Source: Leucoraja ocellata (taxonomy: Eukaryota). Taken from it: 64,000 bases of DNA. Under the pieces are notes generated by a model that was given only the letters and a program-made list of their open reading frames with translations, made no database searches and had not been told where the DNA came from. Positions 37,153 through 50,500 of this stretch are shown here, in pieces. Location of the stretch: positions 3,348,001 to 3,412,000 of the forward strand of contig JAWMAR010000167.1 in assembly GCA_036785375.1 (NCBI GenBank), in the 5' to 3' direction. The position numbers and the translations under genes are program-made. Each line of letters starts with the position of its first letter. The first letter of the stretch is position 1.

Positions 37153-39547
37153 GTGAATTTTGCCCTTGTACAGAGTTGTTTTATGCACTGCCATGTATTG
37201 CAAATATCTCTTAATCCTGTGAGTGCTCCATTACATTTTGTACGATTTTTAAATGATAGGTTATTTGACATTTTCCTTTTTTCCCCACCATTGGAAAATT
37301 ATTGATTCTGGATATGTTACGAGGTGATTAAAATTGGATTATTCCTTAAAGTAAAATTAACATTCTGATCCAGACCTGGAATGTTGGCTGTATCGCTCTC
37401 CACATCCTGGCCTAGGTAATGATATTTACTATCAACAGAACTCTGGAGATGTTGCTCAGTTTGGTCACCAGATACTAAATCTTCAAAAGGTGCTGTCCTC
37501 TCTGTACTAAATCTGAATTGTTGATGATTTAGATGTTTGTCCTCGGTACTTGAAATGATGAAAGTGCAATATCAACAAAAACACATCACACCTCCTGCCT
37601 TGGGTTTGGGAATACGAGTATCATTAATTGCTATGAAATGAAAAATAACTTTGTTGTGCTGTGGAAGTACAAACGTGCACCATAAAAGCAAAAATGGTGA
37701 AATTTAGATTCCAAAAGCCGTAACAATTCTTACATTTCCAATTCTCAGTTTCCAGCACGGACTTAAATTGTTTTTACAACCAATGGTGTAATTTTTGGTT
37801 CTATGTTAGGACTTGACCCTTTTATTGAAAAGTTGTTGGTTCAGATTCAACATCAGAGATTTGAGCTCAAACTATCTCAGTTGAGATTCTAGTGCAGTAC
37901 TGTGGGAATGGTACACCTATAAATACATTACCTAAGCATCAACACCTGGTTGCTTTTGGGACCTTGATGTGCAAAAGAAACAAACTAATTTGACAGATTA
38001 TAGTGACTACTTGGGTGATTACTGAAATTGTGAGTGGCACTGTTGATGTGGAGGTTTTCCTTGACTAGAAAACAAGTCAAATACAATGGGCACCAGGGTG
38101 GGCATCTCAAGTTGGAAGCTCTTAAGGCAGCTTATTAGCTCTTAAGGGAGATTTAGATTTCAAATGTTTGCTTCATAACTTTTTTGCAAGTGGGAATGCC
38201 AAACTTTGTAGAATTGACCATTTGCTTCTTCACTACAAAATATATGATGCACAGCAGAATCATTTCAAATCTTACACAAAATACCAGAAGGTATGCTGAA
38301 ATGTAAAGCTCTCTACCTCCCTGTCACATATTGCCATTGCATTTGTCAATTTGGATTTGTTTTGTTCGTGTGTGTATTGTGATGTCCTACTCCTTTATTG
38401 TGGAATTCCAGCTCGTTCCTAAGTAACTTTCACTGGGATTTCATACTTCACCCTGTCTTTACAGAACTTGTTTTCACTTCTTCCTTACATGAATCCAGAT
38501 CTGTTTCCAGTAGCCTATTGGGCTTTATATTCAAAATCATTGCATAGAAATGTTTTTCCTGGTGATTTTGGTGATGCAGTTACCAATCATTTTAAATCTG
38601 GTGCAAAAGCAGAAAATGTCAGAAACGCTCAACAATCCAGGCGGCATTTGTGAACAGAGGTAAAGAGTTAACTTTTCAGATTGAAAACCCTTCATCAGAT
38701 CTGAGCAAATGAGAAGACTAGTTGGTTATAAGTTGCAGAGAAAGTGGGAAAGTGATGGCTTTGATAAAAAGGAAAAATTCTTATGAGAAAGTCGAAGTTG
38801 CTGACATTTATGGTGCTATTTCCTTCACTCCATACATGCTGTCTCACCCACTGAGTTTCTCCAGCATTTTTTCTTTCTGCAGATGTTGCCTGAGTGCAGT
38901 ATTTTCTGCTATTTCGGAAATTTTGATTTTGCATCTAATATTGAGCTTTTATCCATCAGGAAACGTTTTCTTAGTATTTAAATCCTTGATAATTATGAAT
39001 TTGTGCTTATTTTTAAATCAGCTCAAAAATTAACATTCCCAGCCCCTCCACTTTGTCATGCATTGTCATTCTTCATCCCTGGCTTTACACATTCCAGTGC
39101 CCTTACAATACAATACCGTTTATTGTCATTTGAACTTCAAATGAAGTTCAAATGAAATTTGGTGTCTGCAGTCATACAACTAGAAAAAAAAAACAAGACA
39201 CACAATTAATGCATTTTACACAAACACAGTGAATCTCCTCCTCACTGCGATGGAAGGCAAAGTCATTGCCTCTCCCCTGTTTTCCATTCTTCTCCCGATG
39301 TTAAAGCCCCCGGTGGGCGATGGCAAGTCTCGCGGCCGTTAAGACCCCGCTCCGGGACATTTTCAACCCCGCAATTCGGGCGGGAGAAGTTGCCGTTGCG
39401 GGAGCTCTGAAAAGCGCTCTCCCACCAGATGTTCTTCCCAGAACAGTACAGGATATGAGGGCTTGGCCTTTATTTCATCCGGGATTTCAACATCTAAGGT
39501 CAATAGCTGAGGAGGACAACTATTGAGGACAGGTATCATCTTTCTAA

Positions 39548-39705
39548 TGAAGATAGACACAAAATGCTGGAGTAACTCAGCAGGACAGGCAGCATCTCTG
39601 GAGAGAAGGAATGGGTGACGTTTCGGGTCGAGACCCTTCTTCATACTGCTGTGTCCAGTATTTTGTGTCTTTCTTTGGTTTAAACCAGCACCTGCGGTTC
39701 CTTCC
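39548..39705. mobile_element. Penelope-like fold-back insertion
   Basis: gaagatagacacaaaatgctggagtaactc...gggtcgagacccttcttcatac plus inverted 3' end. Confidence 0.8.
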
Positions 39706-41241
39706 AATGTTGTTTTCCCATATGTCAAATCCTGTCACTTGTGTAATGCACTGGTTGAAAATAACAGCATCTTTTTTTTAGTTTTCAACTTTGCCTCTGT
39801 CTAGACAAGTGAATGTTTTTTTTTTCCCTGGCACTAAGCGTTTTTTAAGTGTGTCTTGCTCGATCTCTGATGAGCGATGATAGCAAGTACTTTTATATCT
39901 TGGAATCCTTTCAAGAATGGTGATGTTAGGAAGAAGTTGTTGCGTCTGAACCTCCTTCATCTTCGTGGTGGGCTAAAAGAAATGCTAAAGTAAAAACAAC
40001 TTTTTTTCAGCCGCTGCTTGCTTAAGTAACGCCTCAACTGTTGCAGGCATTCAGGTTTAAATAATTGTAAGCAAAAACCAATATTGTTGTGCAAGGCATG
40101 TTGGAATTTTACAAATGTACAACTATTAATTTACAATTCGGTCTTCATTAACACTAACCTGTATGCTCTATTTGATCCTCCTTGGATTATCAGGTCACTT
40201 GTCGAAACAAGGAGCTGCAGATGCTGGTTTACAAAAAAAAGACACAGTGCTGGAGTAATTCAGCGCATCAGGCAGCATCACTGGGAAACGTTGATGGGTG
40301 ACATTTCGGGTCGGGACCTCTTTTTCAGTCAGTCTGAAATAGGGTCTCAACAAGAAACATAATTGATCCTAGTTCTGTAGGGATGCTGCCTGACAGAACA
40401 TGAGCAAGGGATGCTGCCTGACCCACTGAATTACTCCCTGCATTTTTGTTTATTTTTTAATGAGAGCTCTTATTTTGCTTGTATCGTGAAGTGGCGCAGT
40501 TTGCAAGTGCAACATGTATTTAGACAGAAGCATTTTGCAGAGTTCTGTCATTACAGTTGTACAGCAATAGGCTTTTTTTTCGCTCGTCTCCAAGGTTATT
40601 CAGTGAGTTGGAAAATTTTCCCACGGAATGACATATGATTTATATCAATATTCTTCAATTTATCTTATCTTTTTCAGCAGCATTTTACTTCTGAAAAATG
40701 AGACATCTAAAGAGTACTAACTACATGTGGAGAACAAAATTATTAACTATATGATATTTCTATAAATTTAGAAATATAAGCTAGAAATCTAACTATAAAC
40801 ATTGTGGGTCTGGTTATTTTTCATAATAAATACAAATTCTAATTGACATCTTTGTTCCTTTTTTTATTACACCATGTACACATAAAGTTGTTTCTGTGCT
40901 GGAGCACTTAACACCCGTTTCCAAACAAAAATATGAATCCCTGTTAGATCCCTGAAGTTGTGACAGACATCTGTTTAAATGTCAATCTGTTATTTTCTGT
41001 TTCTTGAGATAATTCCAAATAAGTTACAACATTAACCTCTGAAAAGCAGTCACTCCAGTTTTGCAAATCATTTAAATCAGCAATTTTTATTATAAAACAA
41101 AACCTTTGTTACTTCTAAATATTGTTTTGTGCAGAAATTGTCTTTTTCAGTGCATTTGTGTAATGATTTGTTTATGATAGAATTTAAATCACCAGTAAAA
41201 TTTGCAAAGCAACACAAATTGTTTAGTGTTTGAATTTACAG

Positions 41242-41426
41242 AAACAAGACTCGGCGACATTGGACATGGAAAGGGCCGGTAAGGAAATCGAGATGCTACG
41301 GAAGCAGTGTGAGGCCATGTCCCAGGAACTAAAGGAAGGCATACAGGAGGCAGAAGTGGCTAAACGCAGGCGGGACTGGGCATTCCAAGAACGAGATAAA
41401 ATAGTTGCAGAAAGAGAAAGCATACG
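41242..41426 (+). CDS. DLG5: DLG5 exon, KQDSATLDMERAGKEIEML...RRDWAFQERDKIVAERESIR
   Basis: ttacag acceptor, CG|gtaaga donor, 185 nt, phase 0-2; hallmark RRDWAFQERDKIVAER. Confidence 0.97.
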
Positions 41427-41974
41427 GTAAGATGCTCACATAGTCCTTCAATGTCACAAATTTATGCTGATTAAGTCTCAGTACTCAGTTCACGCCTTCC
41501 TTTCATTCTAATGATAATAATACATCCTTGGCATAGTTTCCAGTGGCAATAGAAATAGAGAAGGTTGGAATTACTGAGTAGGTCAGGCATCAGCTTTGGA
41601 GAGGGGCACAGTCAATGTTTTAGGTCAATGACCCTTCTTGAAAATTGGGAAAGCAAATGTGCTTTAACCTACAGAGAGCGAAAGGGTGAAAGGTAGAGAC
41701 ACGCCTGTCCTGGTGATAAAATTATTGTTACCGTCCGTCCATGCAAGTTGCAACTGTTGAAATCCAATATTAATTTCAAACATTAAAAAAAACAAGCCTT
41801 TCCTCTATGTATCAGAACTGAATATTTCTTAGCCAAGGTCACAGACCTGTGACAATAAACTCTGTTTTTCTCTCATCATGGATGCTAGCCGTTCAGTTGA
41901 TTTTCACATGCATCTTTTATTTCAGTTCAGAGTTCAAACATATTATTTTTCTCTGCAACTGTTCTAAGTTCATA

Positions 41975-42230
41975 ATTTATAGCAGCAGAATTTGGCCATT
42001 CGGTTCAGCGAGTCTACTCCGCCATTCAATCATGTCTAATCTATCTTCCCCTCTCAACCAAGTTCTCCTGCCTTCTCCCCATAACCCCTGACCCACACTA
42101 ATCAAGAATCTGTCAATCTCTGCCTGAAAAATAACCATTGACTTGGCCATCACAGCTGTCTGTGGCAATGAATTCCACAAATTCACCACCCTCTGACTAA
42201 AGAAATTCTTCCTCATCTCCTTTCTAAAGG
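41975..42230 (-). mobile_element. CR1-like LINE 3' end
   Basis: FRKEMRKNFFSQRVVNLWNSLPQ (ORF 41977..42255). Confidence 0.88.
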
Positions 42231-42503
42231 TCATCATCTTCTTCCATTTACACATTACTTGACAGGTCAGCTACACTAATTAGATGACATCAAAAGTCTA
42301 TATGGAAGCAGGGTTTTTGGCCCCGCCATTTAAAAAAATCCAAGATAGTGTTTATTTTCTGCTTGTAAGTTTCCAAAGTAAATTTTCCCGATCTAAATCA
42401 TGTTACATTATGTTGGTCTGCATAATGCTAATGATGTTCCTCAATTCATCACCTGTTATATTCAATTTGTGTTATGGAAACGCGTGTTAGAGTAAAACTA
42501 AGA

Positions 42504-42720
42504 ATAGACACAAAAAGCTGGAGTAACTCAGCGGGACAGGCAGCATCTCTGGAGAGAAGGAATGGGTGACATTTCGGGTCGAGACGGGTCGGGTCTAAAG
42601 GTCTCGACCGGAAACGTCACCCATTCCTTCTCTCCAGAGTTGCTGCCTGTCCCGCTGAGTTACTCCAGCTTTTTGTGTCTATCTTCGGTTTAAACCAGCA
42701 TCTGCAGTTCCTTCCTACAC
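42504..42720 (+). mobile_element. Penelope-like fold-back insertion
   Basis: 82-bp inverted arms 42504-42585 and 42601-42682 with 3 mismatches, then the family 3' end. Confidence 0.88.
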
Positions 42721-43180
42721 TTTAACATTTTAAGTCTTGTTTTACCGAAGTTTCTCGAGGGTTGTTTCCCTAAACTCACTTCCTTTTCTGTTCCTGCAAC
42801 ATGCTGTATCAGAGCTGTAATATTTGGATGATTTTGTAATTGCTTATTGATTGTGCCACCATCCAGATTTTGCTATCTTCAGATGCTTCATCATAGTGGC
42901 ATTGACTCACAATAATGCCTCTGGTCCTGCAGATCCTTAATTGCGCTTATAAGTACTATCCCAAAATATTATCGAAAAAATAATAGAATGATATTAAAAT
43001 TAGTTACTGCACCAGTCTTTGACACCAGCCAGTTAAAAAAAAAAAAGTGTTATTCACAAGACATGCAAGTGAATCCTCCACTCCAAGGGTTGCTTGTTCC
43101 TGTGTTATGGAAAATGTTTTGTATTCTTCAGCTTTGGTTTTGTTCAATCAGAATGAGTATATATTTTTGTATTGTTGTAG

Positions 43181-43306
43181 AACATTATGTGATAATTTGC
43201 GACGGGAAAGAGATAGAGCTGTGAGTGATCTGGCCGAAGCTCTTCGCGATCTCGATGACATGATGAAACAAAAGAATGATGCTGTTCGTGAACTTAAGGA
43301 ACTGAA
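43181..43306 (+). CDS. DLG5: DLG5 exon, TLCDNLRRERDRAVSDLAEALRDLDDMMKQKNDAVRELKELK
   Basis: ttgtag acceptor, AA|gtaagt donor, 126 nt, phase 2-2. Confidence 0.97.
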
Positions 43307-44953
43307 GTAAGTAGTAACGTCTGCACCTTGAAATGTGGTTTGATCGCTGCAAATCTATTCCATTGAAGCACATTTCTCAAATTAACTTTTTTGATGGAGA
43401 AGGGAAAACATGGAAGATGGCATTTTCTAAAGCTGACCTTAAATGTTTATTTTCTTGCCTTCTAGAGGTGGGGAAGTAGATACAATAATTGCATTTAAGA
43501 GGCTTCTAGGGAGGTACATAGGTGTGCGGGGAATGTAGAGATATGGATTATGTGTAGACAGAACTTGGGATCATGTACAGCATGGATATTGTGGGCTGAA
43601 GGCTGGTTTCTGTGCTCCATTCTTAAAGTGATATTCTGTAAAATGCACCAGCTTCCTCTCAGCTATTTTGTAGTTACTTTCGTATTCATATAACCATAAT
43701 CTGAGAGTTATGAAGTATGCATTTGTTTGCTTGTCCAGTAGAGATAATGTACTGATGGACCAGTTTTGCAAATCGATAATGAAAACTTTAACACTTGACA
43801 TGTTGGGTGCACAGCTGTGGGCAAATGATTGTTGGACACGCTGCTACTTTCGTAGTTAATGCACAAATATATGTATCTGCTGTTTCAAATAAAGTATACC
43901 ATAATTTAAATTGGAACTGCTCTTTGTCTCAACTTGGGAGCATTGCCTTTTAATATTACTATTTTTTGAGAAATGCCCAATGTTTTCAGAAAATCTTTTC
44001 TGGTTAATTTCAGAAAAGTTTATATTCTGTATAATTTATTTTTTGCCGATAGTAATCTTTTAAAGGAATCTAGCATTGTAAAATAAATAACTTCAAGGTA
44101 TAGTGCATGTCAGTTTTAAAAGTGTTGCAGATTAGCAGCTTCCATTAGCGCGGAACTGTTAGAGTTGTGATTTATTGAAATAAATCATTTAAAACTACCT
44201 CAAAGTAGCAGCTATTCCTAATGGATGAAGATCATTATTTTAAGCCTTCAAGCTTTCTGTGCAACTGTTAATAACATATAGTCGGATTTCAACATCAGTT
44301 ATGCTCATTGTCATTTATTTGAATCGGTGGCAATTTATACTAATCGTTTAGTTAAATCCATATTTAATTCAGCTTTAACTTGAAATTGCTGCTACCATTA
44401 TCAGTTTGAATAGAAGCAATTCTGGGTTTTTTACACACAGTCAAACATGGAAGTCCCGAACTTATAAGCTCATATATCCTAGGAGCAGAATTAGGCCATT
44501 CAGCCCATTAGGCCGTTCTATCTTTTCCTCTCAACTCCATTCGCCTGCTTTCTCCCCATAACCCTTGGCACCCTTAATAATCAATAACCTAGAATAATGG
44601 GAGCTACGAATCAACAAGATCATTTGATAAATGTTACGTTTTTCTGTCATTAATATTACTGAGCCCTAATCATTCTTGCCATGTAATTTATGCATTGCCA
44701 AGCAATATTTTTTTAAGTACTGTTTTGACCAGTTCTAAGTGGGAGAAATTATAATAATTTCACATACTTCAAATGAAGAATCCTGCAATCCATAAACATA
44801 GAAGCACACAAACAGAAATTGCATGTTTTTGGCCAGTCTGGGGTCAGTGGCAGATATTTGAGTGATGAGGGGAGCTAATTTATTGGATTTAATTTGATAC
44901 AGAATTAATCTGAATCTTAAAGTAGATTTTCTAAATGTTCTCGCTCGTTCAAG

Positions 44954-45086
44954 GGAAAAGATGGAAACCCAGTTGGAGAAAGAGGCACGGATTCGACAAC
45001 TGATGGCTCACAACTCCCACGATTCAGCTATTGACACGGATTCCCTCGAATGGGAGACCGAAGTGGTCGAATTTCCAAAAGATAGG
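44954..45086 (+). CDS. DLG5: DLG5 exon, EKMETQLEKEARIRQLMAHNSHDSAIDTDSLEWETEVVEFPKDR
   Basis: ttcaag acceptor, AGG|gtacgt donor, 133 nt, phase 2-0; conserved SHDSAIDTDS-EWETE motif; not in the ORF track. Confidence 0.96.
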
Positions 45087-45613
45087 GTACGTTTCTAAAC
45101 GTTTCTAAACGTTTCTTGCATTGATGCTTTTTCAATTTTATATGTTTTCCTGTTTTTCTGTGCAGAAGTATTTTTATTTTACATAAGCTCTGCTTTTGTT
45201 AAGGGTTGCTCTGTAAAATTACATCATTAGGGAATAGTAAGTAAGGTGTTAATTTAATTAATTTGACTTTTTCTTAAGGCTTTTTGTTAATGTGTCCCTC
45301 GTGTTGAACACTAGTGAATCACAGGCTGAGACAGATAACTGAAATGCAGTCTGCTGACACTAAAGCTACAGTGAGCCAGTGGTGAAGGCAGTGAATATGT
45401 AGAGTGATGCATAGGGCACTACTAATCAAGCAAGTTGCTTTGAGGAGAATGGTGTCCTTCTGAGCAGATGTCATTGGAGCTCCACTAATTCAGACAAGAG
45501 GAGGTTGTTTCATCTCACTCTTTGCATTCCTTGCAGAAGAATGAAAACAATTGTGGAAATTGATCATTAGCCACTTGCCCCATATCTCTTCCAAACTCAG
45601 TGTTTATGCATCT

Positions 45614-45914
45614 GGTTTGGTTTGGTTTAGCAATACAGCAAGGAACCAGACCCTTCGGCCCACCGACTCATGCTGATCATCGATCGCCCATTCATACTAG
45701 TTCTACGTTATTCCACTTTCTCATCCTCTCCCTACAAATTAGGGTGATTTTGTAGAAGCCGATTAACCTACAAACCCGTAAGTCTTTGTGATCTGGGAGG
45801 AAACTGGAGCGCCAGGAGGTCACGGAGAACGTGCAAACTCCACACAGACAGCACCCGGTCAGGATCATACCCGCTTCTCTGGCACCATGAGACAGCAGCT
45901 CTACCAGTTGCACC
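45614..45914 (-). mobile_element. V-SINE
   Basis: Tail, partial V-domain and head. Confidence 0.85.
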
Positions 45915-46044
45915 ATTAGGTTTCTGGGATGTGCACTGCATTATAAATAAGGGATGTTTTGTGTGCCATGGTGAGGCTTTTTGTCCTAAAATGTATACTG
46001 CTGTAAAAATATCAATGTGTGGAATACTTTTTTTTCTAACGTAG

Positions 46045-46172
46045 GATGACATGGATTTGAACGCACTGGGCTTCGATGTAGCAGGAGGAGCTGATGAACC
46101 TTATCTACCTGGAGACTCTGGCATATTTGTTATTAAGGTTGATAAAGGAAGTATTGCAGATGGAAGGTTAAG
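46045..46172 (+). CDS. DLG5: DLG5 exon, PDZ1 N-half, DDMDLNALGFDVAGGADEPYLPGDSGIFVIKVDKGSIADGRLR
   Basis: cgtag acceptor, AG|gtacag donor, 128 nt, phase 0-2; LGF carboxylate-binding loop. Confidence 0.97.
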
Positions 46173-46316
46173 GTACAGCCAGCTAATTTTTTCGATCAAT
46201 TCCTTCAAAAATAAAATACAATTTTGAGTAAAAATGTTATTTCTTTTTTCATGACGGAAAGTGGTGTAATATACTTTTATGACTTTGTTAAGTATATATT
46301 TTTATTTCTGTTTTAG

Positions 46317-46492
46317 GGTGAATGATTGCTTGCTCAGAATAAATGATGTAGATCTTACCAACAAAGACAGAAAACATGTAATTAAAGCAGTACTGAATGG
46401 TGGAGGGGTCATTAATGTGCTTGTTCGAAGAAGAAAGTCCTTGGGAGGTAGAGCTATCACTCCAGTTCATATCAGCCTTGTGGGTCACAAAG
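46317..46492 (+). CDS. DLG5: DLG5 exon, PDZ1 C-half, VNDCLLRINDVDLTNKD...VRRRKSLGGRAITPVHISLVGHK
   Basis: ttttag acceptor, G|gtaatt donor, 176 nt, phase 2-1. Confidence 0.97.
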
Positions 46493-46611
46493 GTAATTTA
46501 ACTTTTCCTTTGTCCAAAGCAGTTTTGTCCTTTAGGAAATGCAGATTTGACACCACAACACGTGTTCACGTTCATAATAAATAAAGCCGATGAAATTATT
46601 TTTTTTAATAC

Positions 46612-46921
46612 TAGTTTAGTTTAGAGATACAGCTCGGAAATAGGCCCTTCGGCCCTCCGAGTCCATGCCGACCAGCGATCCCCGCACATTAACACTCATC
46701 CTACGCACACCGGGGGCAATCTACATTTGCACCAAACAAATTAACCTACAAACCTGTACGTCTTTGGAGTGTGGGAAGAAACCGAAGATCTCAGAGAAAA
46801 CCCATGCTGGTCACAGGGAGAACATACAAACTCCATACTGATAAGCACCCGCAGTCAGGATCAAACCCGGGTGTCTGGTGCTGTAAGGCAGCAACTCTAC
46901 CTCTGTGTCACTGTGCTGCCC
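46612..46921 (-). mobile_element. V-SINE
   Basis: Near full-length copy. Confidence 0.88.
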
Positions 46922-47375
46922 CTAGTTAAGAAAGACTACTAGACTTGTAGGCAGTGCTCCTTTTCTGCAATTGTCTGATTTTTGAATCCCTGATGACTCT
47001 TATTCACACTTTGTTTCATGCTGCTGCTTTCTTCCATTTGAAGTATTACTAGGCAATTTGGGAAGGGCTCTTTTGAGTGCTGGATATTTCTGGTCAGTGT
47101 ACCTGTAACCTTGCCTAGAACATGTGTAGGAATGTAATTCCAATTAAGGAATTGAAGGGAACATTGACATATTCTGAGCTCTAAAAGGTACCATATAAAT
47201 CTACCGACTGGCCCTCAAAAGCTAAAGCTTGAGATGTTTGAAATATATAAGCACTTAGCTGCCTTAATAAGTGTAACGTGCATGTTGTCATGTTTAATGT
47301 GTAAAAGTTTATTTTGATGTTTGAATGAAAGATGTTTAACCAGCCCATGCTAATCATATGTATTTTTCTTTGCAG

Positions 47376-47479
47376 ACATTGGAATCAGTTTGGAGACAGG
47401 AGTATATGTAGCTACCGTTTCCCCTGGCAGCTCTGCTGCTCGAGAAGGATCGCTAACAGTGGGAGACAGACTCATTACA
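47376..47479 (+). CDS. DLG5: DLG5 exon, PDZ2, DIGISLETGVYVATVSPGSSAAREGSLTVGDRLIT
   Basis: ttgcag acceptor, ACA|gtcagt donor, 104 nt, phase 1-0. Confidence 0.95.
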
Positions 47480-47996
47480 GTCAGTAATCTGAATTTACAA
47501 ACTTTGAATGTCAGAACTGCAGTGCACTATGGCAGAAGTAGGGGCATGTTCACTTCCCTTATTTCACACAATTTCCAATCTCAGTAACGCTGCTATGAAG
47601 GTTAGACGTACCTCTAAATTAGGGTAAGGCAGGTTGACACATTGAGCAATTGTTTGGGGGCAGAATTAGGCCATTTGGCTGCTTAAGCCACCAGTACCTG
47701 CACAGATTCTTAGAGTTGTACAGCATGCAAACTGGCCCTTTGGCCCAACTTGTCCATGCCACACAAGATGCTATCCTATTTGCCCATGGCCCATGTGTTT
47801 GGATATCATTTATGTTCTGAAAGCATTAGGTCAGAATAGAGGCAGACAGTAAATTGATAATGTTAAGATCAGTGTTAGAGCTGTATAGTTGTAAGGCCTT
47901 TTGGGGATTGCAGCATATAAGTATGTAAAAATTATGGAAAAGTCTTTGGAAAGGCACTCTCATCTTGAGGAAATTCAACCAATTAAAGGTAAAGAT

Positions 47997-48517
47997 TCAG
48001 ATTCAGATTCAGATTCAATTTTAATTGTCATTGTCAGTGTACAGTACAGAGACAACGAAATGCATTTAGCATCTCCCTTGAAGAGCGACATAGCAAACGA
48101 TTTGAATTAAAAAAAATAAATAATAAGTGTCCGGGGGGGGGGTTGATTGGCAGTCACCGAGGTACGTTGTTTAGTAGAGTGACAGCGGCCGGAAAGAAGC
48201 TGTTCCTCGACCTGCTGGTTCGGCAACGGAGAGACCTGTAGCGCCTCCCGGATGGTAGGAGGGTAAACAGTCCATGGTTGGGGTGAGAGCAGTCCTTGGC
48301 GATGCTGAGCGCCCTCCGCAGACAGCGCTTGCTTTGGACAGACTCAATGGAGGGGAGCGTGGAACCGGTGATGCGTTGGGCAATTTTCACCACCCTCTGC
48401 AATGCCTTCCGGTCGGAGACAGAGCAGTTGCCATACCATACTGTGATGCAGTTGGTAAGGATGCTCTCGATGGTGCAGCGGTAGAAGTTCACCAGGATCT
48501 GAGGAGACAGATGGACC
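47997..48517 (-). mobile_element. Rex1/Babar LINE, 5'-truncated, young
   Basis: Uninterrupted C-terminal ORF FYRCTIESILT...HPNHGLFTLLPSGRRYRS...SFFPAAV; (tgaatc)n tail; possible 7-bp TSD taaagat. Confidence 0.9.
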
Positions 48518-48677
48518 TAAAGATGGGTTTGATGTACATAAGATCACCATCGTGTACAATGCAGTAATTAAATTCTCAATATTTTAGTGTACCAAGTGAG
48601 ATTTTGGATACTGTGCAAAGGTTGTCTTTTGTACGTAATAGTTGCTGTTTTCATAAACTAGATTTTCTCTTTCACAG

Positions 48678-48770
48678 ATAAATGGTATTGCACTAGAAAA
48701 CAAATCACTGACAGAATGTGAAGCTTTGTTACGAAACTGCAGGGATTCTGTCAGTCTTTCACTAATGAAG
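48678..48770 (+). CDS. DLG5: DLG5 exon, PDZ2 C-end, INGIALENKSLTECEALLRNCRDSVSLSLMK
   Basis: ttcacag acceptor, AAG|gtatgg donor, 93 nt, phase 0-0. Confidence 0.96.
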
Positions 48771-50289
48771 GTATGGTTCACACAAAATGGTTCAGTTCCA
48801 CAAAAATATATCAGACTGGTCCAAAAAGCACTTTGAAATAGTTGTTTTCTTTGAAAGTTTCTCCTTAAAAATGGTCTTGCATTGCATAGGTTTCCTATCT
48901 ATCTCTCCCCTTCCTATCCCCTTCATTCTCCTACCTCTATCTGTCCCTCTTTTACACTTGATTCCTGCAGTCTTCTTCTTCATTCCTGCCCCTATCTCCT
49001 CCAGGCTGTTCTCATTCTCCCAGTGAGGTCAACTCCCTGTGATCATATTCATCATCTTTATTAAAAAATGGTGAGTATACTTCCCCCTGCACTCCAGCTA
49101 AGATACTCTAGTGTTCCCGTGTATTCTTTAAAGCGATGGGCCATTGTTAAAGCAATAGGCCAGCATTGGCCTTTGAGACTGTGCGGACTCAAGCACCCAA
49201 AGACACAAGAGGATGGTCCTACAGCATCATGTAAGTGGAAGAGGGAACATGCATATCTGTTTATAATGTGACTTCCTGGGAGGGTAATTCTGTCAAATAC
49301 TGTTAGTTTAGTTAGGTTTAGTTTAGAGAATATGTGGGGAATTTGATAAAATAATAAATCGATCCTTGGCAGATTTTTCATTGTAATATATGGAACGCAT
49401 TGTTGATTGACATAATATAATTTTAGGCAAACCCTTACGATTTGGAATATCCAAGCTGGCAGGAGATGCTTGATGGGATGGGAGGTGGGGAACTACTGGT
49501 GATGTTGGTCGTCAATGATCTCCCATTATATAGGTTCTTGGTGCCATCCCATCCAATTCTTCTCTTCTATTTTGAGCTGATATGGGCTAGGATTTCTCAG
49601 GAGTTAGTAGCGTCCTGTTGACAAGAGGACATTGCTGTTCAATCGGGCAGGTTGTGGAAGATTTCCAGGCATAAGATGCAAGGCCCATTCTCTCATGCGC
49701 TTCACTGACAGCATAATTTTCTGGATAGTTGATGTCCTTGTAGCCATGCACAGGCATAGAATGATTGCATGAAAGTAGAATAATGTCCATTGGTGACTTT
49801 TTCATTAAATTGGAAGAAATTCTGTAACATTGCATCTTTGTTGAATTGTTTATATATTGTGACTGAAGTGTACTCCCTCACCACTGTTTCTGCCTTTGCT
49901 CCAGCTTGTAATTGTTTAATGTAGAATAATGAAAGATTATCTAGAATTCCCGCAAGTCAACTGCAAATACACTATGTATTTGTGTGAAGACTACTTTGGG
50001 TGCCCCAGCTGTTCGGTTCTTTGTTTGGAGCCCGTTAAAGTAATTAACTTAATTCTCTGTGATTCCAGTTTTAAAACCTTTCAAACTGCCTTGGGGAGAT
50101 ATTGCAAGTCAAAGACAGATGTCTGAAAAGTGGATCTCTTGGCATTCCTACAGAATCATTTTTTAAATCTGAACCCTTTTCAAATAAATTATTTTTTTAA
50201 TACCGTTATATCTCTTTTACAGCTTATCTACAATCCATTGCCTAATTTTAAGACCTAGCCATCTTGTTGAGCTTCATTCTCTAACTCGT

Positions 50290-50500
50290 TTTCACCTTTG
50301 CCACAGCTAACAATGGCCTTCTTACTTTATCATTGTTACTTTTTTACATATCTTTCATTCATTTGTTCTCTTTCTCTCTATATCTCCATCTATATCTCTT
50401 ATTTCTCTTTCCCCTGACAGTCTAAAGAAGGGTCTCGCCCCGAAATGTCACCTATTCGTCTTCTCCAGGGATGCTGTCTGACCCAAGAGTCACTCCAGCC
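50290..50500 (+). mobile_element. Penelope-like 3' segment with decayed hammerhead-like core
   Basis: Pyrimidine-rich leader shared with 59490-59846, then ctaaagaagggtctcgccccgaaatgtcacc. Confidence 0.7.

Noticed and set aside
48154-48492. 112-aa ORF as a nested host gene
   Set aside because: It is the C-terminus of a Rex1/Babar retrotransposon ORF, truncated at its 5' end
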